The notes: generated from the letters alone by a model not told the origin. Shown: positions 48,822 to 59,754, counted from the stretch's first letter. The stretch is 64,000 nucleotides of DNA from an uncultured Caldithrix sp. (GCA_964355675.1 CAYHEC010000006.1:1-64000), one strand, 5' to 3'. A program made the numbers and translations.

Positions 48822-50076
48822 CCCTGATCCGCGAGATTCTCCGTCCGATCAATTCTTCTACTTTGAAATTATATCCATTAAATTCGAATTCTTCGCCTCG
48901 TCGTGGGACAACTCCAAGCTGGCTATAGACAAACCCGCCGACAGTATCGTAGGCGTCCGATTCTTCGACAAGTTCATGTCCGATAACCTGATTCAGGTCA
49001 TAAATGGAAAGTCTTCCACTCGCGGTAACCGTTCGTTCGTCGATTCGCATCGATAAAGGCTGTTCTTTATCATATTCATCCTGAATTTCACCGACGATCT
49101 CCTCGATGATATCTTCAAGCGTCACAAGCCCGGCAGTTCCACCATACTCATCAAGGACGATCGCCATGTGAACCTGCTCTTTCTGGAATTCGCGCAACAG
49201 GTCGTCAACTTTCTTTTCCTCTGGAACGACATAGACTTTGCGGACCGATTTCGCAAGATTAAAAGTGTCGGGATCCTGGGCCGCTAACAACAGATCTTTA
49301 ACGTGAACAATACCAATAATATTGTCGATATTTTTATCATAAACAGGGATTCGAGAGTGACCGTATTGAGTCACTATTGTGAGTATTTCCTGCAATGATG
49401 CTTCGGAGGAAACGGAAGCCATATCGATTCGCGGCACCATCACTTCGCGAACTATAGTATCACCAAGCTCAAAGATGGAGTGAATCATCTGCCGTTCTTC
49501 CTGTTCCAGTACTCCATGCTCATGGCCAACCTCGACGAGAGCGCGAATTTCCTCCTCAGACATGCTCATGACTCGATGTTGCTCGACGCCGAAAAAGTGA
49601 CTGAGTGTTGTCGCAATTTTGGCGAGAGGCCAAGCTATTGGGAAGGTGATCCAGATTATCCCACCGACTAACCAGGCAGTATGGAGAGCCCAGGATTCCG
49701 CGTTTCTTATCGCTTGAAGTTTCGGGATCAATTCACCAAAATATAGAATCATCAATGTGATCAGAACAACTTCAACTCCCACCGCTAAACCAGAACTTAT
49801 CCCAAATGTGTCTGCCATCTGAATTACCCAAAGCGCTGATATTGCGGCAATGGTAGTATTAACGATGGTATTCCCGGTCAATATCGAAGATAATAGCAGA
49901 CGGGGATTCCGCATGAGCCGAGTAATCCGGCGAGCTCGAGGATCGGAGGATTGGGCGAGGCGATTGAGAACGCTTCTGCTGAGCGAAAAATAGGCGGATT
50001 CAATACTTGAGAAAAAGGCGGAAGCAACCAGAAGCGCCAGTAGAACCACCAGCTGTATCCATGAATCTGTATCCAA
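48787..50076 (-). CDS. CorC/HlyC (CNNM) family transporter: DUF21 + CBS pair + CorC_HlyC domain
   Basis: N-terminal DUF21 TM domain, two CBS domains, C-terminal transporter-associated domain. Confidence 0.85.
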   Translation of the reverse strand: MDTDSWIQLVVLLALLVASAFFSSIESAYFSLSRSVLNRLAQSSDPRARRITRLMRNPRLLLSSILTGNTIVNTTIAAISALWVIQMADTFGISSGLAVGVEVVLITLMILYFGELIPKLQAIRNAESWALHTAWLVGGIIWITFPIAWPLAKIATTLSHFFGVEQHRVMSMSEEEIRALVEVGHEHGVLEQEERQMIHSIFELGDTIVREVMVPRIDMASVSSEASLQEILTIVTQYGHSRIPVYDKNIDNIIGIVHVKDLLLAAQDPDTFNLAKSVRKVYVVPEEKKVDDLLREFQKEQVHMAIVLDEYGGTAGLVTLEDIIEEIVGEIQDEYDKEQPLSMRIDERTVTASGRLSIYDLNQVIGHELVEESDAYDTVGGFVYSQLGVVPRRGEEFEFNGYNFKVEELIGRRISRIRVEKSEVFFNNV

Positions 50077-50568
50077 TTAACCCTCTTCCTGCAGATCGAC
50101 GATATACTTCTCACCACATTCGACCATATTCTTCAATGAGACCTCGTCATCATGATCCCATCCGCACAAGTGAAGAAAACCATGAACTGCGAGTCGAACC
50201 GTTTCTTTTGAAGTTTTCTCCCCAAATTGGGCCGCTTGAAATTCAGCGCGGTCAAGACTGATGTAAATATCGCCTTCGACCGCCGATGGATCATCGCTAA
50301 GATCGAACGCCAGAACGTCAGTAGGTTCATCGTAACCGCGAAAATCTTTGTTAAGTTGTTTAAGTAAATCATCATCGCCAAGAACTATATTCAAATTTGA
50401 CACTTTACACTTTTCACCGAGACTCGTGGCGTTCAATGATTTTTGTATTGAGTTTGCCAGCAACGGCTGAGAAATTCCTGTAACGAATTCGATGTGCAAC
50501 GCAATTTCATCGTTGTTCACAGGTTTATTATTTAGTACGCTCAACTTATAACCGACCAATTTTTGCAT
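50077..50568 (-). CDS. ybeY: rRNA maturation endoribonuclease YbeY
   Basis: HGFLHLCGWDHDDE metal-binding motif. Confidence 0.85.
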   Translation of the reverse strand: MQKLVGYKLSVLNNKPVNNDEIALHIEFVTGISQPLLANSIQKSLNATSLGEKCKVSNLNIVLGDDDLLKQLNKDFRGYDEPTDVLAFDLSDDPSAVEGDIYISLDRAEFQAAQFGEKTSKETVRLAVHGFLHLCGWDHDDEVSLKNMVECGEKYIVDLQEEG

Positions 50569-52894
50569 TTTTAGTCTCTGGCGTATTTTCTACACCTTGA
50601 GAAGAGTCTGGATATTGAATTCGCTGATGATGCATGCCGAGCAGAACCTTCAAGAAAGCCTCTTTAATGTGGGTTATTTCTTTAAGAGTGAGAGGACATT
50701 CATCAAGATCTCCTTCCGCCAACCGTAATGAGACAAATTTGTCAACCATTTCCCTTAAATCCTGTTGAGAGGGATGATCAAGGGAACGAGTTGCCGCTTC
50801 TATCCCGTCTGCAAGCATCAGAATAGCTGTCTCGCGCGTTTGTGGTTTAGGACCGGCGTAGCGGAAACGGCTTTCATCGACTTTCTTACCTTGTTCTCGC
50901 TGAGCCTTGGAGTAGAAATACGCAAGTTTCGTTTTGCCATGATGTTCAGTTATGAACATCTTGATTTCAGGCGGCAATTTATGTTGCGAGGCGAGCTCCA
51001 TACCTCGATTCACATGTTCGATCACAATCCTCGCAGATTCGCTTGGAGCCAGCCGGTCGTGAATATTCTCGCTACCTGTCTCTTGATTTTCTATAAAATA
51101 CTCACGAATATCGATTTTTCCGATATCGTGATAATAAGCTCCGGCGCGTGTGAGCAATGAATTTGCGCCGATTACACGAGCGGCTGATTCTGCTAAACTT
51201 CCCACCATCAAGCTATGGTGGTATGTTCCCGGCGATTTCAGCGCCAGCTGTCTGAGTAGCGGTCGATTGAGATCCACCAACTCAAGCAAGGTCAGATCGG
51301 TTGTAATACCGAAAAGACTCTCAATCAGCGGAACAATACCCAAGACCAACATCGGAGATACAAACGCCATCCCCAATGCCAACCCGGTCTCCGCCCAAAA
51401 TGACCCATCACCTTCATACGTAACCAGATAAAATCCAGCAACCATTACCAATGAGACGCCGGCAAGATATATTCCGGTCTTAATGAGATCTTTGCGCGCT
51501 TGCAAAGATCGTAACGCCATGATAGCAACTCCACCATTGGCAAGAGCATAGGTCGTTGTTTGAAAATCATTGCCTTGAAGAAATCCACCCGCAAGCGCAA
51601 GTGTTACCAGACCAAGGGCGGCTATTGTCCTCCCCAACAAAATTGTGAGCAACAGTGCAGTAAATGCTGCTGGAAACAACTGTCGTGACAAACCGAAACC
51701 GATTGGAACAACTCTGAAAAATAATAATACTGAAGCTAAAACCAACAATAATAGCAACATTTTCTGCCAATTGCTCCAAACTTCAGGTTTGGATACAGAC
51801 ACGCCAAACATCATGAAAGCGGTAAGCAATGCAATTATAACTAACTGCCCGATGATGGGCAGGAGCGACGCAACTCCGCCCCGATCGACGGATAATTCTG
51901 CGCGCTTTACTGCGAGTGAATTAAGTTTGTCAAGATGATCTTCAGTTACCTTTATATGGCTGTCGATGATCAACTCATCTTGTATAACAAATCCTTTTGC
52001 AAGCGGCACACTATTTACGGCTGACTCACGCCTTCGTTCGGTTTCCTCTGGGTTATAGACCAAATTGGGAATTAAAAATTGGGAGAGGATTGCCGTTTCA
52101 ATTTTGACTGACACACTGTCGATTCCATATCTGTTCATTGAGTCAAATATATACTCATGAATTAGTAATGCATTTCTATTTGGTTTATTCAATGAGTCAA
52201 GCAGTATGACCGTTTCTACGTTGCCGTTCAAAACTGCTACAAGTTTGACGCCGTGGGGAAGATCATCATTTTGAGACGCGCACACTCCGGACCGATACAA
52301 ATGAGTCATAACATCGGGTCCGGTCTTGGAGAATAATATATTATATTTATTATGATTTGGAGCAGATAAATAGAGTTTAAAAAGAAAACTCCACTGCTCC
52401 CAGTTTAAATGTAGCCCATATTTATCACTGATATTTCGTGAGCCTTTTAAGAATGCCTCTCCACCTTTTTCATTCCACGAGTCGGTTGAATCGCTTTCAA
52501 TCTTCAACCAGCCATCCGGAAGCGATTCTATAAGACTCGCTACTTCCGAGCCAAATTCTGCAAATTTCTTTAAGGCAATTGCTTTGGTAGTATCATTTTT
52601 TATAAATAGCGGCAGAACCTCCGAAGCGGCATAATCGCGCTCTGTTTCTAACTCCTCAGAATTTTTGAGAATTTCAAAATCGAATGGGGCTATGATTTTG
52701 GCAGGTGAAATACTTCCGATTGACAAGTGAGCGAATTCAGGTGATTTTCCTCGAGGCGCGATAAGTGTCAGAAGAATGATAAAACAGATCGCAAGTGAAT
52801 AATGCCACCAGGTTACGAATTTTTCATTCTTTGGTCTCGATTCACTTTCTATTTCTGGTCCATCATCCATGCTGAATTTCACCGTTCCCATTTT
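50546..52894 (-). CDS. 7TM-receptor with intracellular HD-hydrolase domain (7TMR-HD/PgpH-like)
   Basis: N-terminal extracytoplasmic domain, 7 TM helices, C-terminal HD domain (…YHHSLMVGSLAE…YYHDIGK…HHG…); ORF opens at 53002 overlapping phoH. Confidence 0.8.
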   Translation of the reverse strand, partial: KMGTVKFSMDDGPEIESESRPKNEKFVTWWHYSLAICFIILLTLIAPRGKSPEFAHLSIGSISPAKIIAPFDFEILKNSEELETERDYAASEVLPLFIKNDTTKAIALKKFAEFGSEVASLIESLPDGWLKIESDSTDSWNEKGGEAFLKGSRNISDKYGLHLNWEQWSFLFKLYLSAPNHNKYNILFSKTGPDVMTHLYRSGVCASQNDDLPHGVKLVAVLNGNVETVILLDSLNKPNRNALLIHEYIFDSMNRYGIDSVSVKIETAILSQFLIPNLVYNPEETERRRESAVNSVPLAKGFVIQDELIIDSHIKVTEDHLDKLNSLAVKRAELSVDRGGVASLLPIIGQLVIIALLTAFMMFGVSVSKPEVWSNWQKMLLLLLVLASVLLFFRVVPIGFGLSRQLFPAAFTALLLTILLGRTIAALGLVTLALAGGFLQGNDFQTTTYALANGGVAIMALRSLQARKDLIKTGIYLAGVSLVMVAGFYLVTYEGDGSFWAETGLALGMAFVSPMLVLGIVPLIESLFGITTDLTLLELVDLNRPLLRQLALKSPGTYHHSLMVGSLAESAARVIGANSLLTRAGAYYHDIGKIDIREYFIENQETGSENIHDRLAPSESARIVIEHVNRGMELASQHKLPPEIKMFITEHHGKTKLAYFYSKAQREQGKKVDESRFRYAGPKPQTRETAILMLADGIEAATRSLDHPSQQDLREMVDKFVSLRLAEGDLDECPLTLKEITHIKEAFLKVLLGMHHQRIQYPDSSQGVENTPETKNAKIGRL

Positions 52895-53870
52895 GGTAGG
52901 CTCGCAGAATTTCTGCGACCAAAGGATGCCTGACAACGTCGGTATCGTTAAATTCAACGAACCCGATTCCTTCGACATTCGATAAAATCTGCTTAGCTTC
53001 AAGCAATCCCGATTTGGATGGATCGCTTAAATCAATTTGCGTCAAATCTCCGGTCAGGACTGCCCGCGATGAAATCCCTAATCGTGTCAGGAACATCTTC
53101 ATTTGGCCCGATGTGGTGTTCTGTGCTTCATCAAGAATAACAAAAGCATGATTAAGTGTTCGACCCCGCATGTAAGCCAGCGGAGCAACCTCAATTGCGC
53201 CACGTTCGATGAATCGTCTCACTCGATCCCGTGTAAGCATTTCGTCAAGGGCGTCATACAGGGGTCTGAAATAGGGATCAACCTTTTCAAGAATGTCGCC
53301 AGGGAGAAATCCAAGCGTTTCACCCGTCTCGACTACCGGCCTGACCAGTATAATCTTATCTACCAGACGACGGTGATACCAATCGACGGCCTTGGCGACT
53401 GCCAGATAGGTTTTTCCCGTCCCAGCCGGCCCAATTCCGAACACGATAGCTTTCTGTTCCATCACGGCAACGTAGCGTTCCTGATTGCTTCCTCTAGCCC
53501 TGACTGGTCCGCGAGATGAATCAAAAACGACTGCGCCTTGATCGACAGGGACAACCGAACCCGAAGCGCCCCCGTTAAATCCAGCCAAACGTAAAATCGT
53601 CCTGATATCTTTGACGGAAACATCATTGCGGCGCAAGTAGAGTGATTCAAGATCAGCAAACACTCGTCGAATGCGTTCACCTTCTTCAGATGGACCCTTG
53701 ACGATTATTCTGCTTCCGCGGGCTGTTAATTGAGAATCGAAATGTCCTTCGAGGTAACGAAGATTGGCGTCTCCTTCCCCTAATAAAATGGGGAAAATAA
53801 CATCGTTGATTTCAATATCGAACTGAATTGGTTCTGTTTTCATATCTATGACAAAAAGCAATGCCCCCAC
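52863..53870 (-). CDS. phoH: PhoH-family ATPase (YbeZ-like)
   Basis: Walker A GPAGTGKTYLAVA and PhoH core; conserved phoH-ybeY-corC neighbourhood. Confidence 0.9.
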   Translation of the reverse strand: MGALLFVIDMKTEPIQFDIEINDVIFPILLGEGDANLRYLEGHFDSQLTARGSRIIVKGPSEEGERIRRVFADLESLYLRRNDVSVKDIRTILRLAGFNGGASGSVVPVDQGAVVFDSSRGPVRARGSNQERYVAVMEQKAIVFGIGPAGTGKTYLAVAKAVDWYHRRLVDKIILVRPVVETGETLGFLPGDILEKVDPYFRPLYDALDEMLTRDRVRRFIERGAIEVAPLAYMRGRTLNHAFVILDEAQNTTSGQMKMFLTRLGISSRAVLTGDLTQIDLSDPSKSGLLEAKQILSNVEGIGFVEFNDTDVVRHPLVAEILRAYQNGNGEIQHG

Positions 53871-53971
53871 CCGCCCGAAAGGGCGGGTAAGGGCAAAGCG
53901 AGCTTGATCAAGCGCAATGCCTGACTAATTATCTCCACCGGCATCCCGGCATTCACGCTGAACTAAGTGCC

Positions 53972-54823
53972 TCAATTACGTGGAATGGTTAGTATCTGCT
54001 CTGGGTAGAGGTGAGTTGGTTCGCTTAAAAATTGTCCAGACTTATTCGCCTGATACAACTTTGTCCATTGGAAGGGATCACCGAAAACTTCCGGTCTGCC
54101 AGCGATCTTCTTCAAATTGTCGCCCTTTACAACTAAATACTCATCCTTGGAAAGTTGCCTCGGAACAGTAAACTGCTGAGCGGGGTAGATCAAATCTGGA
54201 TCCTTGATCATAGATTTGTTATAGCTCCAGATTCGCAGCCACTTCCACGGATCGCCGTAAACGTCTTTCTTCCCGGCAATCCTCCATAGACAATCTCCCC
54301 TGATGACCGCATAAAGATCGTGCTTCGGCTTCGGAAGACTCGCCTTGAGCGCTCCAACCTTTGCCGCCATTTCCACAAGACGATCATGTTGAACGGACAG
54401 TTTGGCGATGGGATCATTTTGCATTCCAGCGATAAGCCCGGCGATCTCGTCGAGCTCCCCGGCGCGGGCAAGCAATTGTTCCGGAGTCAATCTGCCTAAC
54501 TCATTCAACCTCTTCTCGAGGTCGTCAAGTTGTTTGTTAAAGGCTTCGATCTGTTCGCGGGTAACGTTCAGGAAAGCGTAAATTTCATCCCAGACCACTG
54601 ATATTTGTGCATCAAGATCAGCAAGTTGAGCCTTCAGATCAGCAATAGCAACATTTTCAGTTTCTAATGCTGTCTTTGCGGCTGTTTCACGTGCTTGAAA
54701 TGACTCAAGCTTCTTCTGGTACTCTTCGTATGTCATCCGCTCTGTAGCATGTGCTGACATTGCGGTGAACATTAAACCGGTCGCGAGCACCAATGCAACC
54801 AATATAGAAATTTGTTTGGTCAT
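53972..54823 (-). CDS. Secreted coiled-coil protein with two C-terminal LysM peptidoglycan-binding domains
   Basis: Signal peptide; two LysM-like segments (…YAVIRGDCLWRIAGK… / …YLVVKGDNLKKIAGR…). Confidence 0.6.
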   Translation of the reverse strand: MTKQISILVALVLATGLMFTAMSAHATERMTYEEYQKKLESFQARETAAKTALETENVAIADLKAQLADLDAQISVVWDEIYAFLNVTREQIEAFNKQLDDLEKRLNELGRLTPEQLLARAGELDEIAGLIAGMQNDPIAKLSVQHDRLVEMAAKVGALKASLPKPKHDLYAVIRGDCLWRIAGKKDVYGDPWKWLRIWSYNKSMIKDPDLIYPAQQFTVPRQLSKDEYLVVKGDNLKKIAGRPEVFGDPFQWTKLYQANKSGQFLSEPTHLYPEQILTIPRN

Positions 54824-54835
54824 GATTGGCTCTCT

Positions 54836-55096
54836 CTAACGGTTTTTAACAAGTTCAAGTTCAGCTTTTGCAGCGTCAAGTTCTGCTTTCTTATTATTGA
54901 CCTGCTTCTCCAGACCGCGACGCTCTGACTTGGCTTTTTCCACGTCGCGCTCAGCCGAAACGGCTGCTTTATCTGCCGCATCGAGCTTCTTCAAGTCGTC
55001 AGGACTCGCGTACTTAGTACATCCGCCAAAGGCGAGAGTACCAGCTATAAAAGCGCACAGAACTGTGGTACGAATGGTCCTGCCGGTGCTATCCAT
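54836..55096 (-). CDS. Small coiled-coil lipoprotein
   Basis: Lipobox …LAFGGC; Lys/Glu/Ala-rich coiled coil. Confidence 0.45.
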   Translation of the reverse strand: MDSTGRTIRTTVLCAFIAGTLAFGGCTKYASPDDLKKLDAADKAAVSAERDVEKAKSERRGLEKQVNNKKAELDAAKAELELVKNR

Positions 55097-55175
55097 AGAT
55101 ACTCCTCAATTGATACAGTCCCCCAGATACTTAATTATACGTAACAATTCACCTTCTGTCAAGTGTTTGACAGAT

Positions 55176-56933
55176 TTATTTCGTTAAGTGAAGCCCGAGT
55201 TCAGCAAGTTGCTCATTATCTACCCTTGATGGAGCCCCGTCCATCAGTGATGTAGCATTATTGGTTTTAGGAAATGCAATCACATCGCGAATAGAATTTT
55301 CGCCAGCAAGCATCATCACGAGACGGTCAAATCCGAGGGCAATCCCGCCGTGTGGGGGAGCGCCGAAGGAAAGAGCCTCTAAAATGAAACCAAATCGCTG
55401 GTGCGCTTGTTCCCGGTCCAGACCAATAACTCTAAATACCCGCTCTTGTAGTGATGGGTGGTGAATTCGGATCGATCCACTACCCATTTCGACTCCGTTA
55501 AGAACAAGATCATAGGCACGAGCTGTTACGCCCATCGGATCCGACTCAAGTTTTTCCTCATGTTCGGGAATCGGTGATGTAAAGGCGTGATGACAGGGTG
55601 TCAAACCCGAGCCATCCGGCAATTTCTCGAAAAGTGGCGGATCGGGAACCCAACAGAACTTAAAATCGCCAGACTTGATCAAATTCCATTGTTCTGCGAG
55701 CTTACGCCTGACCTTTCCGAGCGCTAAAAGTACCTTTTCAGCGTCTCCAGCGGCAAGCAAAAGCATGTCGCCCGTTTCGGCATCTAATTTGGCAATTAGA
55801 TCAGCTTGCGATTCAGAGTTAAGAGTTTTTCCCAATACACCACCAAGTCGAAATCCATCCTCAACCGACGCAGAGAGCAAGCCGGTCAAACCTTCTGCTC
55901 GTGCGATAATTTCAAGATCGTCGCGTTGTTTCCGAGAAAGGTTACCCTTCCCTTCTGCACGAATTGCGAAAACGCCGCCACCAGCGTTGATGACGTCATC
56001 AAACGCCTTGAACCCCTCATGGTGAAAGACCGAATCCATTCGTGCAATCCTCAATCCGTAGCGAAGATCGGGAGCATCGGATCCGTATTTGGAAATCGAT
56101 TCATCAAAAGGTATGCGGGGAAAGTTCGGCTCGATTTCCAGACCTAAGACATCCTTTACCAGACGAACCATCATTTTTTCGACATGCTGAATGACGTCCT
56201 CTTCCTCGACGAACGACATCTCAAGGTCTATCTGGGTGAACTCGGGCTGGCGATCCTTGCGCAAGTCTTCATCACGGAAGCAACGGGCAATCTGGCAGTA
56301 TTTATCGAGTCCACCGATCATCAGCGATTGTTTATAAAGTTGCGGGGACTGCGGCAGAGCATAGCAATGGCCATGGTGGATCCGGCTCGGTACCAGATAG
56401 TCACGTGCACCTTCCGGAGTGCTTCTAATCAGAAAGGGGGTTTCGATTTCCACGAATCCCTCTTCGCTGTGAAAGGTACGTACAGAGTTCAATGCTTTGT
56501 GGCGAAGCTCGAGGTTTCGTTGCATTCGCGGACGTCGTAAATCGAGGTAGCGATAACGCAGACGAAGCTCTTCGTTCGGTTCCTCTTCTTCTTCGACGCC
56601 AAGTGGAAGCGGAATACATGGTGAAAGTACCATCACCGATTCGGCCACTACTTCAATTTCACCAGTTGCCATCTTTTTGTTGACCATGCCTTCACGGCGA
56701 TGCCTGACAACGCCCTTCACCTGAACGACGAACTCGTTGCCAATTTCACGTAATTGCTCGGTAGCGACAGAGTCCTTGTCGGCAACGACTTGTGTCTTGC
56801 CATACTTGTCACGTAGATCGAGGAAGATCACTCCGCCGAGGTCGCGCACTCGTGCCGCCCAGCCTGCAAGTGTGACAGCGGCGCCAACGTTTTGCCCGTT
56901 CAGTTCACCGCATGTGTGTGTTCGATAGCTCAT
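55176..56933 (-). CDS. aspS: Aspartate--tRNA ligase
   Basis: 585 aa; N-terminal OB anticodon-binding domain, class II aaRS motifs, GAD insertion. Confidence 0.9.
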   Translation of the reverse strand: MSYRTHTCGELNGQNVGAAVTLAGWAARVRDLGGVIFLDLRDKYGKTQVVADKDSVATEQLREIGNEFVVQVKGVVRHRREGMVNKKMATGEIEVVAESVMVLSPCIPLPLGVEEEEEPNEELRLRYRYLDLRRPRMQRNLELRHKALNSVRTFHSEEGFVEIETPFLIRSTPEGARDYLVPSRIHHGHCYALPQSPQLYKQSLMIGGLDKYCQIARCFRDEDLRKDRQPEFTQIDLEMSFVEEEDVIQHVEKMMVRLVKDVLGLEIEPNFPRIPFDESISKYGSDAPDLRYGLRIARMDSVFHHEGFKAFDDVINAGGGVFAIRAEGKGNLSRKQRDDLEIIARAEGLTGLLSASVEDGFRLGGVLGKTLNSESQADLIAKLDAETGDMLLLAAGDAEKVLLALGKVRRKLAEQWNLIKSGDFKFCWVPDPPLFEKLPDGSGLTPCHHAFTSPIPEHEEKLESDPMGVTARAYDLVLNGVEMGSGSIRIHHPSLQERVFRVIGLDREQAHQRFGFILEALSFGAPPHGGIALGFDRLVMMLAGENSIRDVIAFPKTNNATSLMDGAPSRVDNEQLAELGLHLTK

Positions 56934-57490
56934 GAGTTAAGTTCTGCTCGTTTCTTTTCTTTAATAATTCGATACATTTTCGATCTTTGGGATAGTGTCT
57001 CGGCATTGCGACGCATCTCGCCTGAGATAACCCAGTCAAACAGAAAGAGCGCTCCAATTGCTGTCAACGCCAAAGCCTCCAGGGTAACAGAATGACCGAG
57101 TCTTCCCTCGTATTCAATAAAAGCTCCGTAACCGGGATAAGTCCTCGTGATTAGAAACGCTCCGAATATTTCTCTGCAGGTTAGCGCTATTGTCATGAAG
57201 ATCAACCCGCCGATCATCTTTCGAAACCAAGAAACCAACAGGACTCCAACGAGCATGACTGCGGGAATTGACCTGTAAATGATCCCAGTCCAATCCGGAT
57301 GCCTGTCGTATTCGCCTCCAAATCCAGACAAGGAAAGGCGAAGGATATACGCGATGAAGATTACCGCGGCAATTCTTGGCAACCACTTCATGATTGGATC
57401 CGAAATACCAAAGACGTTTCGTTTCAATACAAAACGGGGCTGCAACCGCAGCCCCGTTATCTTAGCCGCTGGTGCGGCAATCCTTAACAC
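56930..57490 (-). CDS. Hypothetical integral membrane protein
   Basis: Hydrophobic ORF overlapping aspS start by 4 nt. Confidence 0.35.
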   Translation of the reverse strand: MLRIAAPAAKITGLRLQPRFVLKRNVFGISDPIMKWLPRIAAVIFIAYILRLSLSGFGGEYDRHPDWTGIIYRSIPAVMLVGVLLVSWFRKMIGGLIFMTIALTCREIFGAFLITRTYPGYGAFIEYEGRLGHSVTLEALALTAIGALFLFDWVISGEMRRNAETLSQRSKMYRIIKEKKRAELNS

Positions 57491-57500
57491 GGTTTCCCGC

Positions 57501-58604
57501 CTATTCGAAGATGTAAGTAGCTCCGGCAGTTACATTTCCTTCGCTATCGCCGATTTTATCAAATCGCCAAGAACTGATTACATTGTTAATGCAATTCTCA
57601 CAATCGGCTCCTAAGGCATTTCCGCCCCAGTTGCTCTCGCGGAAGCGGACTCGAATGACTTCGCCCGAGGTGGCAATGGTGAATTCAACCACGACCTTGC
57701 CTTTGAGACCTGAGTCCTTCCGCTTAAGCGTCCAATAGCAATATTGAACCTGATTTTTATTTTGAAGAACGATGTCGGAAATAGCGCTCTGACTGCGTTG
57801 CTTGGCTTTTGTTCCAGAACCTTTGGCAGTAATCGCACTACGACTTAATTGGATAGGGGCTTCATTAAGCATGAGATCGATATCTGAAGATGACATTGCC
57901 TTAAGCTCGGAGATATTAATGCCTCCACCGCCAGGACCTTCGCCAACTCCAGCGCCCACAACGCCACCACTGCGAAGTTTCTTAACTTTCTCAGCGGTTC
58001 CGGCTTCTCCAATCATGCCAGTCAGTTGCTTGATGTCTAACGAAGCGCTCCCGCCACCGACTCCCTGATCTGTACCAGACAAGCCGATTACATCTCTTGC
58101 GGCGGCGGCTCCGCCACGACGACGACCACCTTTAGCGGTTGGTCCTCCGAGAATCTTGACTCGTTCTGAAATGCCAGCTCTTCTGGCTTCTTGTCGTTCT
58201 GCTCTCTCAGCTCTGGCGCTTGCAGTTTTCTCGGCACGACCGCCTACGACTGCACCTCCACCGCCTCCACCGCCACCACCGCTACTTGATTCGAGCTCTT
58301 GACGGCGAGCTTCACGCTTGGCTTGACGCTCATCTTCCTTAGGAGCTTCAGACTGAACGATTTGTTTTGCTTCGGTTTTCTGAACGACCTTCTGTGCTGG
58401 TGCGGCAGCTTTTACGCGATAGATGGTTTCGGTATATTTCTTAGCTTCCTCAAGAGTGATCACTCTTACAGGTTGGCTAGCGCCCCACAATACACAGATA
58501 AGCGCGAATAGAGCTGTACCAAGAACAATACCGGCAAATTCGCGATCAAGATCCCGCCAAAAGTTTTTTTCAAACTCACGAGGAAATGCCATTACTTGAG
58601 CCAA
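57501..58604 (-). CDS. TonB-like energy transducer with AgmX/PglI-type C-terminal domain and Gly/Ala-rich low-complexity linker
   Basis: N-terminal TM anchor, poly-Gly (GGGGGGGGG) linker, C-terminal …VQYCYWTLKRKDSGLKGKVVVEFTIATSGEV… TonB-C/AgmX-like; follows exbB-exbD-exbD. Confidence 0.6.
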   Translation of the reverse strand: MAQVMAFPREFEKNFWRDLDREFAGIVLGTALFALICVLWGASQPVRVITLEEAKKYTETIYRVKAAAPAQKVVQKTEAKQIVQSEAPKEDERQAKREARRQELESSSGGGGGGGGGAVVGGRAEKTASARAERAERQEARRAGISERVKILGGPTAKGGRRRGGAAAARDVIGLSGTDQGVGGGSASLDIKQLTGMIGEAGTAEKVKKLRSGGVVGAGVGEGPGGGGINISELKAMSSSDIDLMLNEAPIQLSRSAITAKGSGTKAKQRSQSAISDIVLQNKNQVQYCYWTLKRKDSGLKGKVVVEFTIATSGEVIRVRFRESNWGGNALGADCENCINNVISSWRFDKIGDSEGNVTAGATYIFE

Positions 58605-58616
58605 GTTTTCATCTCC

Positions 58617-59108
58617 TTATGCAGTTTTTTTCTTGACGACGAAATCAAGCGTTCCATATTCGGCCTGTCCACAAGTGTTGATCACCTTAAGAAGTTGATC
58701 ATAAGGTATAGACTGGTCGCATTGAATGGTAATCGACCCCTTGAAGTCTTTCCCCAAGTGTTTGTCGAACTCACGCTTTTCGGTAAGAAACGTTTCCAAA
58801 CCGTCAAGGATAACCGAATTGGGATCAAAAAGATCTTCTTTGGTCGCGAGCATTCTGGGGTTCTTCTCAATATCCTCGTAAACGCCTTCCGGATTGATCA
58901 GAATCGAAATCGATTTTGATGGTTGCATTAAACGGTCGGCGGTTGGCAACTGGACGAATGGTGATGGTTTCATCATACCACCGGTTGCGCTCGATAACTT
59001 AAGCAAAAAGAGAAGAATTACGGTCAACATGTCGAGCATCGAGCCGAGGATCAAACCCTCTTTATCTTTGCGTCGATGTTTCGCCCCTTTTGAGGGTGCA
59101 AATGCCAT
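58617..59108 (-). CDS. exbD: Biopolymer transport protein ExbD/TolR
   Basis: Single N-terminal TM (…MLDMLTVILLFLL…) and ExbD periplasmic domain. Confidence 0.75.
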   Translation of the reverse strand: MAFAPSKGAKHRRKDKEGLILGSMLDMLTVILLFLLKLSSATGGMMKPSPFVQLPTADRLMQPSKSISILINPEGVYEDIEKNPRMLATKEDLFDPNSVILDGLETFLTEKREFDKHLGKDFKGSITIQCDQSIPYDQLLKVINTCGQAEYGTLDFVVKKKTA

Positions 59109-59148
59109 TTATACAAATCCTCCGGATTGCGGATGTAGAAATTCCATT

Positions 59149-59754
59149 TTATTGGAATTGCTTTAGCATAGCTACAGGGAAAAGTTCCTTGGAAAGGGTG
59201 TCGATTTTAACCTGACGACACGCATCCATCGTAGCAACAACTACTTGAAAAGGAGTCTGGCCAAGCGCAGTAATCGATACTTCACGTCCGTCTCGATACC
59301 TAAATACTTCGAAGACGTCCATCCTGCCAGTGTTCTCATTCAGGACAGAATCGATGCCGAGTGGAGCTCCGACTTCTTGCTCCTTTACTTGGGCCAATCT
59401 GTTTGAGAGGGTTTGGTAATCCGGACTTCCGGGAAGATTTGGAACTTCAAAGAAGTATGGGCCAGGTTCAGTCTTCCCGAAAAGCGATACCTGAAAACCA
59501 GTCGCTGAGATATTGACTAGCAGATCAATCGTCGCGTCGTTGTTCCATTTTGGGGCTTCAGATGGTGGCCCACCGGAGTCTTCGACTCCTGCGGCCTCAG
59601 CCGGAGGCAGATACTCGAGCATCGAGATCTCTGTCATCTGAGCAGTCCCCATCAATAAGGCAATCAAACTGCAGACGATGTTCATCATCGGCATCAGATT
59701 GACGTCGGCTTCCTCTTCCTCCCTCGTATGCTTCTGGGAAGGTTTGAACGCCAC
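59149..59754 (-). CDS. exbD: Biopolymer transport protein ExbD/TolR (second copy)
   Basis: …NLMPMMNIVCSLIALLMG… TM + ExbD-like domain. Confidence 0.65.
   Translation of the reverse strand: MAFKPSQKHTREEEEADVNLMPMMNIVCSLIALLMGTAQMTEISMLEYLPPAEAAGVEDSGGPPSEAPKWNNDATIDLLVNISATGFQVSLFGKTEPGPYFFEVPNLPGSPDYQTLSNRLAQVKEQEVGAPLGIDSVLNENTGRMDVFEVFRYRDGREVSITALGQTPFQVVVATMDACRQVKIDTLSKELFPVAMLKQFQ

Noticed and set aside
57501-58604. Poly-Gly/Ala stretch (GGGGGGGGG) as a possible frameshift or assembly artefact
   Set aside because: In-frame, flanked by coherent TM and TonB-C/AgmX-like domains; low-complexity linkers are typical of TonB-family proteins.
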